NCBI GenBank assembly: GCA_028715115.1
Contig: JAQUSN010000002.1
Coordinates: forward strand, 68,944-132,943
Source: Patescibacteria group bacterium
GTDB lineage: Bacteria; Patescibacteriota; Patescibacteriia; UBA2591; UBA4787
Direction of reading: 5' to 3'
Length of the DNA stretch: 64,000 nucleotides
This document shows positions 8,235-16,408 of this stretch, one piece after another. How positions within the stretch are numbered: position 1 is the stretch's first letter; each line of letters opens with the position of its first letter. The notes under the pieces were generated by a model. It saw only the letters and a program-made list of their open reading frames with translations, was not told the DNA's origin and ran no database searches. A program made the translations under genes and the position numbers.

Positions 8235-10086
8235 ACAAAAATTTTTGGATTTTTTCAAAGAAAAGGGCCATGCCATTATACCTTCGGCTTCTTTAATTCC
8301 CGAAAATGACCCGACGGTTTTATTTACCACGGCCGGCATGCATCCACTAGTTCCGTTTTTATTAGGAGAAAAACATCCGGCCGGAAATAAATTGGCCGAT
8401 GTTCAAATCTGTCTTCGAACCGATGACATTGATGAAGTGGGGGATGAAGCCCATCATACGTTTTTTGAAATGTTAGGAAATTGGTCTCTGGGAAGCTATT
8501 GGAAAGACGATGCTATTAAATGGAGTTTTGAATTTTTAACCAGCAAGAAATGGCTAGGGCTTGAGAAAGAAAAAATAGGCATTACTATTTTCGCCGGCGA
8601 TAAAGATGCGCCGCTTGATGAAGAGACTAAAAAAATTTGGCTTTCTCTGGGCATTTCTGAAAATAAAATTAAACCGCTCCCCAAAAAAGATAATTGGTGG
8701 GGGCCGGCCGGGCAAACCGGGCCGTGCGGACCGGACACAGAAATGTTTTATTGGACCGGCGGAGCGCCGGTGCCGGAATTTGATCCTAAGGACAAGCGCT
8801 GGGTGGAAATTTGGAATGATGTATTCATGCAATATTTTAAAAACATGGATGGCGTTTATGAGTCATTAAAGCAAAAAAATGTTGATACTGGCATGGGTCT
8901 TGAACGCACCGTCGCAGTAATTAATGGTTTAGATGATAATTATAAAACAGATTTGTTTTGGCCGATTATAAAAAAGATAGAAGAATTGTCAGGGAAGAAA
9001 TATGAAGACAACAAAAGAATGTTTAGAATTATTGCCGATCATATCAAGGCTGCGACTTTTATCATTGGAGACAAAAACAGCGTTGAACCATCAAATCTCG
9101 GCCGCGGATATGTGGCTAGGCGATTGATTCGACGGGCTATCAGATGTGGCCGTCAATTAGGCATGAACTTTGTCTTTACCTTTAAAATCGCCGAAGAAGT
9201 AATTAAAATTTATCAAGATATCTATCCGGAATTAAGAAAAAACAAGGATTTAATTATTAATCAATTGGTCAAAGAAGAAGAAAAATTTGGGAAAACACTG
9301 GAGAAAGGAATACAAGAAATAAGAAAAATTAAGGATTGGCTTGGTCATAATTTTAAAAATAACTCCTCTTCAGAAGAGAAGATAAATATAGCTAAAGAGT
9401 TAGGCCTAAAATTATTTTTTATCTACCAAAGCTATGGTTTTCCTTTAGAGCTTTCTGTGGAAGAGCTTGACCTATGGGGGCCAAGGACGCCCCTTGGCGA
9501 TAGATTTACTAATGAAAAATATTGGCTTATTGACGAGGGCTCGAACATAGAAGAATATATTCGAATTGCATTTAATGAGGAGTTTAAACAACATCAAGAA
9601 CTCTCTCGGACCGCTTCGGCCGGAATGTTTAAGGGTGGTTTAGCCGATGGCGGGGAGAAATCAGCGCGATATCATACGGCCACGCACTTACTTTTGGCTG
9701 CTTTGCGGCAAGTTTTGGGTGATCATGTTTATCAACGTGGTAGCAATATTAATGCCGAGCGCTTGAGATTTGATTTTTCGCATCCGGAAAAGATGACCGA
9801 AGAACAGCTTAAAAAAATCGAGGAAATCATTAATCAAAAAATAGAAGAAAATATTCCAGTCGTTTGCCAAGAAATGTCCTTAGAAGAAGCGCGAAAGAAA
9901 AATATGATGGGAATTTTTGAAAATAAATACGGCGATAAAGTTAAAACTTATACCATCGCCGAATTTTCGCGGGAAATCTGTGGTGGACCACATGCCAGTT
10001 GCACTGGCGAACTAGGTCATTTTAAGATTATTAAAGAAGAATCTTCTGGCGCCGGTTTAAGACGCATTAAAGCTGTTTTAGAATAA
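8215..10086 (+). CDS. alaS: alanine--tRNA ligase (short form, no C-Ala domain)
   Basis: LFTTAGMHPL, HHTFFEMLGNWS, GPCGP, DTGMGLER, HTATHLL, CGGPH. Confidence 0.95.
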   Translation: MGSQQVRQKFLDFFKEKGHAIIPSASLIPENDPTVLFTTAGMHPLVPFLLGEKHPAGNKLADVQICLRTDDIDEVGDEAHHTFFEMLGNWSLGSYWKDDAIKWSFEFLTSKKWLGLEKEKIGITIFAGDKDAPLDEETKKIWLSLGISENKIKPLPKKDNWWGPAGQTGPCGPDTEMFYWTGGAPVPEFDPKDKRWVEIWNDVFMQYFKNMDGVYESLKQKNVDTGMGLERTVAVINGLDDNYKTDLFWPIIKKIEELSGKKYEDNKRMFRIIADHIKAATFIIGDKNSVEPSNLGRGYVARRLIRRAIRCGRQLGMNFVFTFKIAEEVIKIYQDIYPELRKNKDLIINQLVKEEEKFGKTLEKGIQEIRKIKDWLGHNFKNNSSSEEKINIAKELGLKLFFIYQSYGFPLELSVEELDLWGPRTPLGDRFTNEKYWLIDEGSNIEEYIRIAFNEEFKQHQELSRTASAGMFKGGLADGGEKSARYHTATHLLLAALRQVLGDHVYQRGSNINAERLRFDFSHPEKMTEEQLKKIEEIINQKIEENIPVVCQEMSLEEARKKNMMGIFENKYGDKVKTYTIAEFSREICGGPHASCTGELGHFKIIKEESSGAGLRRIKAVLE

Positions 10087-10114
10087 AAATTTAATTAACA
10101 TAAGAAATAAAATT

Positions 10115-10702
10115 ATGGCTATTCCCAAACCACTTTTGACTTATTTGCAAAAGAGTAAAATTAATTTCGAACCGGTCACGCACAAAACAGTGTTCACGGC
10201 TTTTGATTTAGCGCGTACCTTACGTGTTGATTTTAAAGAAGTTGCTAAGACCCTGATTGTTAAAGGTGATAACAATTATTTTATCGTCGTTTTATCGGCC
10301 GCCCAGATGCTCGATTTTGGCGGATTGAAAAAATTATTAAATGCGAAAAAAATAGAAATTGCTCGCGAAAAAGTAATGGAAACGGTTTTTAAGATTCCTA
10401 TGGGCACGATTACGCCCTTCCCCGGATTTTATAAAACCAGCCAACTTTGCCTGGAAAAAGGATTATTAAAAATGAAAAAAATCGTGGTTGGCGGTGGTAG
10501 CTATAATGACGCGATTAAAATTAAACCCGCTGACTTAGTTAAATTAGAAAAGCCGATTGTCGGCACTTTTGGCGTTAAGGCAAAAATAAAATTACCCAAA
10601 CCCAGTAAACCAAAAGCGAAGAAGCCAGCCGCCAAAAAACCGGCCAAGAAAAATAAAAAAGTGGTCTTAAGAAAGAAAGCAGCGAAGAAAAGAAAATCAT
10701 AA
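10115..10702 (+). CDS. YbaK/EbsC family protein with Lys-rich tail
   Basis: H..VFTA, VAKTLIVK, GTITPF; C-terminal KPAAKKPAKK tract. Confidence 0.8.
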   Translation: MAIPKPLLTYLQKSKINFEPVTHKTVFTAFDLARTLRVDFKEVAKTLIVKGDNNYFIVVLSAAQMLDFGGLKKLLNAKKIEIAREKVMETVFKIPMGTITPFPGFYKTSQLCLEKGLLKMKKIVVGGGSYNDAIKIKPADLVKLEKPIVGTFGVKAKIKLPKPSKPKAKKPAAKKPAKKNKKVVLRKKAAKKRKS

Positions 10703-10731
10703 AAATAAATAATAATTAATTCAATATTTTT

Positions 10732-11517
10732 ATGTTTAGACTTTTTGGCCGTAGCGACAAAGAACTTAAACTAGGTGACTATAAAAATATTTGGACAAAA
10801 TTTTGTTTTCTTGATGAGAGCGGGAGCCTTAATGATACCAATGCGCCATTCTTCAGTGTCGGTCTGATTAAATGTTCCCAACCATATTATTTGAATAGTT
10901 TACTTACCTATAAAAGAAATGAAAAAAATTTCCACGATGAATTGAAATTTAATAAGTTGTCTCGTAAAAATATTAATTTTGCTAAATTAGCTCTAGAATG
11001 TTTTTTAAACACGAAGAGTATTTGGTTTTATTCTTATCTGGTAGATAAAAAAGGGGTTTATTTTCTTCATGAATTTGATTCTAACCCATGGATTGCGTAT
11101 GAAGAGATATCAATTAAGTTAATTGAAGCAGCATTAGCTCCAAGCGAGATATTAATAGTTATTGCTGATCACGTAACTACTCCTCCGAATATTAAATATG
11201 AGGTTGATGTAAAGAAGAAAATTAATGAACAACATCAATGTTTGTCTGTGGCGGGAGTGTGTAGGATTGATTCAAGAGCCAACGACATGCTACAATTAGT
11301 TGATTTAATGATTGGTGCAATAAATTATGATTTAAAATTAAAGTCGAATTTAGTTAGTGGCGATAAGAATAAAATAGAGTTTCTTGAATATTTTAAAACT
11401 ATTTTAGGGATTAAAGATTTTGTATGTGGTTTTAAAAATAAACAGTTTAATATTTTTGTAGATAAAGACGTTAAAAAAAGACCTTTTGGTCAAAATGAAA
11501 AAGAGCCATCGTCCTAA
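10732..11517 (+). CDS. DUF3800 family protein (RNase H-like fold)
   Basis: FLDESGS, ELKF, DS..DMLQLVDLMIGA (DE...QxxD signature). Confidence 0.8.
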   Translation: MFRLFGRSDKELKLGDYKNIWTKFCFLDESGSLNDTNAPFFSVGLIKCSQPYYLNSLLTYKRNEKNFHDELKFNKLSRKNINFAKLALECFLNTKSIWFYSYLVDKKGVYFLHEFDSNPWIAYEEISIKLIEAALAPSEILIVIADHVTTPPNIKYEVDVKKKINEQHQCLSVAGVCRIDSRANDMLQLVDLMIGAINYDLKLKSNLVSGDKNKIEFLEYFKTILGIKDFVCGFKNKQFNIFVDKDVKKRPFGQNEKEPSS

Positions 11518-11540
11518 CGGTCGACGCCCTTTTTCGATAT
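11497..11540 (-). ncRNA. putative small hairpin RNA antisense to the DUF3800 3' end
   Basis: GAAAAAGGGC-GTCG-A-CC-GTTA-GG-A-CGAT-G-GCTCTTTTTC stem, just downstream of a minus-strand promoter. Confidence 0.45.
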
Positions 11541-11546
11541 AAAGAT

Positions 11547-11574
11547 ATTATAATATATATATATTAAAAGTCAA
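11547..11574 (-). promoter_or_regulatory. antisense sigma70 promoter
   Basis: TTGACT-N16-TATAAT on the minus strand. Confidence 0.55.
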
Positions 11575-11584
11575 TTAATTTTTC

Positions 11585-11593
11585 TGTGGATAA
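11585..11593. promoter_or_regulatory. DnaA box
   Basis: TGTGGATAA (reverse complement of TTATCCACA), immediately upstream of scpA. Confidence 0.5.
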
Positions 11594-11601
11594 CTTAGTT
11601 T

Positions 11602-12309
11602 ATGGCTTATCAAGTTTCTTTAGACAAATTTTCCGGTCCGTTAGATTTGTTGTTACAACTAATCGAGAAAAACGAATTAGACATTATTGAATTATCGTTA
11701 GTTAATATTACTGATGAATTCGTTAAATACGTGGAAACGCTGGAAGAAATAAGACCTGAAGAGTTGGCTGATTTTTTAGTGATGTCGGCGCGGTTGCTTT
11801 TTTTAAAGTCTAACTTGCTTATGCCGGGACTATTGGACAAGGAAGAAGAGCCGGATAATTTAGTCAGTCAGTTAAAAATTTATCGCGAGTATTTCTTAGC
11901 CTCTAAAACAATTCAAAAAATATTAAATAAGAAAAATGTCGCCTTTAATCGCGATAAATTCCCGAGTGGCTTAGTTCAGCAAAGCTTTAGGCTAAAAACT
12001 AAAATTATGCCGGAGACATTAAAAAATTATTGCGAAAATGTTTTACAAGTCGTAGTTTCGCAAATTAAGTTAGCGCAAAAAACCTTGCGTAAAGTCATTT
12101 CTTTAAAAGAAAGAGTCGGTCAAATCATTAAATTATTATCCAGCCAAGCGGAATTAAAAGTCGGTTCGCTGTTTTCGAATAGGGCCGAAGCAGTGGTCAC
12201 GTTTTTGGCAATTTTAGAATTAATTAAAGAGCGCCACGCGGACGCCGATCAGCCAGGATTATTCGAAGAAATAACCGTTACTCGTTGCGATTTAAATTTA
12301 AATAATTAA
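11602..12309 (+). CDS. scpA: segregation/condensation protein A
   Basis: FSGPLDLLLQLI, FLVMSARLLFLKS, VTFLAILELIK. Confidence 0.95.
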   Translation: MAYQVSLDKFSGPLDLLLQLIEKNELDIIELSLVNITDEFVKYVETLEEIRPEELADFLVMSARLLFLKSNLLMPGLLDKEEEPDNLVSQLKIYREYFLASKTIQKILNKKNVAFNRDKFPSGLVQQSFRLKTKIMPETLKNYCENVLQVVVSQIKLAQKTLRKVISLKERVGQIIKLLSSQAELKVGSLFSNRAEAVVTFLAILELIKERHADADQPGLFEEITVTRCDLNLNN

Positions 12310-12315
12310 ATTATT

Positions 12316-12891
12316 ATGCTCAAATCTGCTATCGAAAATTTACTCTACATTGCGACGCGGCCGTTATCTTTTAAAGAAATTGCCAAAATTGTCGATCAAA
12401 AGCTTGGTGACGTTGAAGTGGCAATTAAAGAATTAATAGATGAATATAATTTAAAAGACGGCGGAATTAAAATTGCCCAAAATGGCAATCAGGTGCAGAT
12501 GATTACCAATCCCAAACACACGGAAATGATACAAAAATTTTTAGGCGAAGAGGTGAGCGGCGAGTTAACGCCGGCTTCTATCGAGACCTTATCGATTGTC
12601 GCTTACCGCCAGCCGATTAGTCGCGAAGATCTAGAGCAAATTCGCGGCGTGAATTGTGCGATTATTTTACGCAATTTATTGATTCGCGGATTGGTAGAAG
12701 AAAACAAAGAAGCGGGAAAAGTTTTATATCGCTTAAGTTTGGATTTTATGAAACATTTAGGTGTGGCCGACGTAAAAGAATTGCCGGACTTTGAGCGATT
12801 AAACTCGATCAATATCGTGTCTACGTTGGAACCAATACAAAACGAGGTCAATATTGCGCCAGCTGTTGATGAATTTAATGGTTTAAAGTGA
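12316..12891 (+). CDS. scpB: SMC-Scp complex subunit ScpB
   Basis: ETLSIVAYRQPISR..LEQIRGVN, ELP. Confidence 0.95.
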   Translation: MLKSAIENLLYIATRPLSFKEIAKIVDQKLGDVEVAIKELIDEYNLKDGGIKIAQNGNQVQMITNPKHTEMIQKFLGEEVSGELTPASIETLSIVAYRQPISREDLEQIRGVNCAIILRNLLIRGLVEENKEAGKVLYRLSLDFMKHLGVADVKELPDFERLNSINIVSTLEPIQNEVNIAPAVDEFNGLK

Positions 12892-12897
12892 TTTATT

Positions 12898-13743
12898 ATG
12901 AAGAAATTTAATATTAACGCTTTTATGCCCCTGATTAAAGTTTGGGGTCAATATAAATCGCCCTGGGTTCCAGAAGGCGAGGAATTAAAAATTTTTGAAA
13001 AGTTTTTACGAAAAGCCCTCAAACAGCATCGAGATAAGCGCGTTTTAATTTTAGGGTCTACTCCTCAATTAAGAGATTTGGCCCATAAACTTGGAGCCGA
13101 AGTAACCGTAGTTGACGTATCGCTCGAGATGATGATCGGGCTTTCATATTTAATGAAATATAAAAAATTAGCAAATCAAGAAATATGGGTAAGACAAAAC
13201 TGGCTTCAAGCGCCGCTAGAAAAGGGTTACTGGTCCATTGTTTTAGGAGACTGGGTTATTTGCAATATATCAAAGAAATTACAATCAACTTTTTCAGCTA
13301 AAATTAGCAGTTTGTTGACCTCAAAGGGATGTTTTATAACTAAAGCTTATTTTGTTTGGGACAAAAAAGTGACCGCCGATGAAGTAATTCAACGTTTTTT
13401 ATCTAAGAACAACCCGTCTTTTCGAAATTATCAAGATTATTTTACAGAATTATTTTATACTCAGGCTAATCCAAAAACCTGGAATCATTCGGTTAATGAT
13501 TTAAGGAGTGTATTAAGGCGTTTCGCTAAAAAATCTTCTAGTTTAAAAATTAAGGCGAAAATTTCTAAGCATTTAAAAATGTTAGATTATCTACTGGGCA
13601 GTGGCGATTTTGTCTGGGCCTGTCCCACAGAAAAAGCCGGAGAAAAAGTGTTCACCAAAAATTTTATTATAAAAAATAAACAATATTCCCGCGAACATCC
13701 ATTTGGCAAGTATAACCCGATTTATCTATTCCAAAAGAAATAA
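12898..13743 (+). CDS. class I SAM-dependent methyltransferase-like protein
   Basis: VLILGSTPQLR, VTVVDVS.EM, NW...PL, VLGD. Confidence 0.6.
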   Translation: MKKFNINAFMPLIKVWGQYKSPWVPEGEELKIFEKFLRKALKQHRDKRVLILGSTPQLRDLAHKLGAEVTVVDVSLEMMIGLSYLMKYKKLANQEIWVRQNWLQAPLEKGYWSIVLGDWVICNISKKLQSTFSAKISSLLTSKGCFITKAYFVWDKKVTADEVIQRFLSKNNPSFRNYQDYFTELFYTQANPKTWNHSVNDLRSVLRRFAKKSSSLKIKAKISKHLKMLDYLLGSGDFVWACPTEKAGEKVFTKNFIIKNKQYSREHPFGKYNPIYLFQKK

Positions 13744-13745
13744 TT

Positions 13746-14411
13746 ATGCTATACATTATTGCCACGCCGATAGGAAATTTAAAAGACATTACTCTTCGCG
13801 CTTTAGAAGTTTTTAAAGAAGTTGACTATATTTTATGCGAAGACACTAGAGTGACACAAAAATTATTAGCTCATTATCAAATTAGTAAACCATTGATTTC
13901 ATATCATCAGCATTCACGATTGGCAAAAATAGATTATATTGTAAAATTATTAAAAGAAGGCAAGAATTTAGCCCTGGTTTCTGATGCCGGCACGCCGGGC
14001 ATTTCTGATCCGGGCAATCAACTTATCCAATTACTAATTACCAATTACAAATTACCAATTACCGTTATTCCTATTCCCGGACCGAGCGCGGCCATTGCCG
14101 CTTTGTCTATCTCTGGATTCTCGACTGACCGATTTATGTTTTTAGGTTTTCCGCCACACAAAAAGGGGAGGCAAAAATTTCTTAAAGAGGTTGGCGTTGC
14201 CAAAGAAACGGTGGTTTTTTACGAATCAACTCATCGGATTGAAAAACTTTTAAATGAATTAATGACAATGGACGATAAATTGAATATGGTTGTAGCTCGA
14301 GAGTTGACTAAAAAATTCGAAACTATTTATCGCGGCACGCCGAGCGAAATTTTAGAACAAATAAAAAACGACGACAAAAGAGGAGAGTTTGTGGTCGTTA
14401 TTGGTAAATAA
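13746..14411 (+). CDS. rsmI: 16S rRNA C1402 2'-O-methyltransferase
   Basis: LYIIATPIGNL.DIT.RAL, CEDTR, SDAGTPGISDPG, RELTK. Confidence 0.95.
   Translation: MLYIIATPIGNLKDITLRALEVFKEVDYILCEDTRVTQKLLAHYQISKPLISYHQHSRLAKIDYIVKLLKEGKNLALVSDAGTPGISDPGNQLIQLLITNYKLPITVIPIPGPSAAIAALSISGFSTDRFMFLGFPPHKKGRQKFLKEVGVAKETVVFYESTHRIEKLLNELMTMDDKLNMVVARELTKKFETIYRGTPSEILEQIKNDDKRGEFVVVIGK
14029..14063 (+). repeat. heptamer tandem repeat (AATTACN)x5 inside rsmI
   Basis: AATTACT AATTACC AATTACA AATTACC AATTACC. Confidence 0.85.
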
Positions 14412-14434
14412 ATTTTAATTTAAGACCATTGTCT

Positions 14435-14860
14435 ATGCCGATGAATCTTCCTTTAGAGATACAAAAAATCGTAGAGAACTTAGAATCAGTAAATGATAAG
14501 GAAGAATATTTAAAGAGAGTATATGCTATTTTAATAGATAAGTATCATGGTTCTCGTTTAAAATTTATAACACGCCTTTGGGAGTTATTTGATTCTAATA
14601 TAGATGGGTTGTGGAGAAAAAATGGTTTTATTTATTGCACGCAAACAAACCGTCTTCTTAAGGTTATTCTTGTTGCTAGTAAATTTTTTAATAAAGAGGA
14701 CATTAGGTTTAGATGGACGCTGACCTGGTATATTGTCCCGCATCAATATGCGGTGGTTAAAATTAATGATAATAAATATATAAATGTTGATATCTGGGCA
14801 AATATTTTTGGCATTGAATTCGGCGATTTTGCCCATGGTTTTCATCAATCTAGTAAATAA
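14435..14860 (+). CDS. small transglutaminase-like (Cys-His-Asp) hypothetical protein
   Basis: YCTQ.N.LL ... PHQY.VV ... VDIW; start codon uncertain (14429/14435/14441). Confidence 0.55.
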   Translation: MPMNLPLEIQKIVENLESVNDKEEYLKRVYAILIDKYHGSRLKFITRLWELFDSNIDGLWRKNGFIYCTQTNRLLKVILVASKFFNKEDIRFRWTLTWYIVPHQYAVVKINDNKYINVDIWANIFGIEFGDFAHGFHQSSK

Positions 14861-14862
14861 TC

Positions 14863-16380
14863 ATGAACAAAAAATTTTACATTACTACTCCGATTTATTA
14901 CGCTAATGCTGATCCGCATATCGGCGGCGCTTATACTACCGTAGCGGCCGACGTTTTGGCGCGTTATCACCGCTCAAAAGGCGAAGAGGTTTTCTTTTTA
15001 ACTGGTACCGACGAACATGGAGCTAAAATTGCTGAAGCCGCGGCTAAAGAAAAAAAATCGCCCAAGGAGTTTAGTGACCAAATCGCCGCCAAATACCAAT
15101 TATTATGGGATGAGTTACAAATTTCTCATGATAATTTTATTCGCACCACCGATCCGCATCACGAAAAAGTCGTCGCCAGCATTGTTCAAGCGCTCCATGA
15201 CAAAGGATTCATCATCAAAGGAGCTTATTCTGGACTTTATTGTGTTGGTTGCGAACAATATTATACCGAAAAAGAATTGGTTGACGGCAAATGTCCGCTT
15301 CATCTTAAGGAACCAATTCAACTTTCTGAAGATTGTTATTTTTTCAAATTATCAGCCTTTCAAGAACCTCTACTGAAATTAATCGATAGCGGTGAATGGG
15401 TTATTGAACCGAAAGAACGGCGAAATGAAGTTATGGGATTTTTAAAAAGTGAAAAATTACAGGACCTTGCTGTTTCGCGCGCTAAAGCCAAAATGAACTG
15501 GGGCATTACCTTGCCCTGGGACGAGAGCCAAGTGCTTTATGTTTGGGTTGATGCGCTGCTTAATTATCTGACCGGTTTAAAATGGGATGGCAGTTTTAAA
15601 AGAATATCCAGATTTTGGCCGCCAGACGTGCAATTGATGGGCAAAGATATTCTAAGATTTCATGCCGTGATTTGGCCAGCTGTGCTTTTGGCGCTTGAGA
15701 TTGCTCTGCCCAAAAAATTATTCATCCACGGATATTTTACCATTAACGGTCAAAAGATGAGTAAGTCTTTGGGCAACGTCATCGATCCTTATCAATTGAC
15801 TAAAACTTTCGGATTTGATGCGGCCAGATATTTATTACTAAGTTTATTTCCTTTTGGCGCCGATGGCGACATTTCCATGGAAAAATTTTACGATAAATAT
15901 AATTCTAATTTATCGAGCGGTTTGGGTAATCTGGTTTCGCGAGTCATTACTTTAACAAAAAAATATCAAGGCCAATATCAATTTACCGAAAATAAGCAAT
16001 TTTCCGAAAAAATTGAGCAAGTTTGGCAAAAATATGATGAGGCTTTGAATAATTTAGCCTTTGAAGCGGCCATTAACCAGATTCATGATTTTGCTTCATT
16101 TTGCGATAAATACGTGGAAAGCCAAAAGCCCTGGGAACTTGCCAAAACCGATATTGACAAATTCAAAAAAACCATGTACAATCTAATAGAAGGACTGAGA
16201 CAGTTATCTTGGCTGGTAAAACCATTTATGCCTGAAATTAGCCAGAAAATAACCGAGGCGCTTAATTTAAAATTTGAAAATCAAGAAGACCTGGAAGCTG
16301 TTAAAGATTGGGGGCAGGTCAGAGTTTATCGGGTTGGTAATATAAAACCATTATTTCCGCGCTTAGAAAAGGTTAGTTAG
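14863..16380 (+). CDS. metG: methionine--tRNA ligase
   Basis: FYITTPIYY, PHIG, GTDEHG, YVWVDAL, KMSKS, LFPR. Confidence 0.97.
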   Translation: MNKKFYITTPIYYANADPHIGGAYTTVAADVLARYHRSKGEEVFFLTGTDEHGAKIAEAAAKEKKSPKEFSDQIAAKYQLLWDELQISHDNFIRTTDPHHEKVVASIVQALHDKGFIIKGAYSGLYCVGCEQYYTEKELVDGKCPLHLKEPIQLSEDCYFFKLSAFQEPLLKLIDSGEWVIEPKERRNEVMGFLKSEKLQDLAVSRAKAKMNWGITLPWDESQVLYVWVDALLNYLTGLKWDGSFKRISRFWPPDVQLMGKDILRFHAVIWPAVLLALEIALPKKLFIHGYFTINGQKMSKSLGNVIDPYQLTKTFGFDAARYLLLSLFPFGADGDISMEKFYDKYNSNLSSGLGNLVSRVITLTKKYQGQYQFTENKQFSEKIEQVWQKYDEALNNLAFEAAINQIHDFASFCDKYVESQKPWELAKTDIDKFKKTMYNLIEGLRQLSWLVKPFMPEISQKITEALNLKFENQEDLEAVKDWGQVRVYRVGNIKPLFPRLEKVS

Positions 16381-16408
16381 CATAAATAATTAACTAAATT
16401 ATTATTTT

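Noticed and set aside
14405-14445. Possible ghost of the metG start (NKF*FKTIVYAD versus NKKFYITTPIYYAN)
   Set aside because: Similarity is too weak and needs a gap plus a stop; cannot be supported by eye
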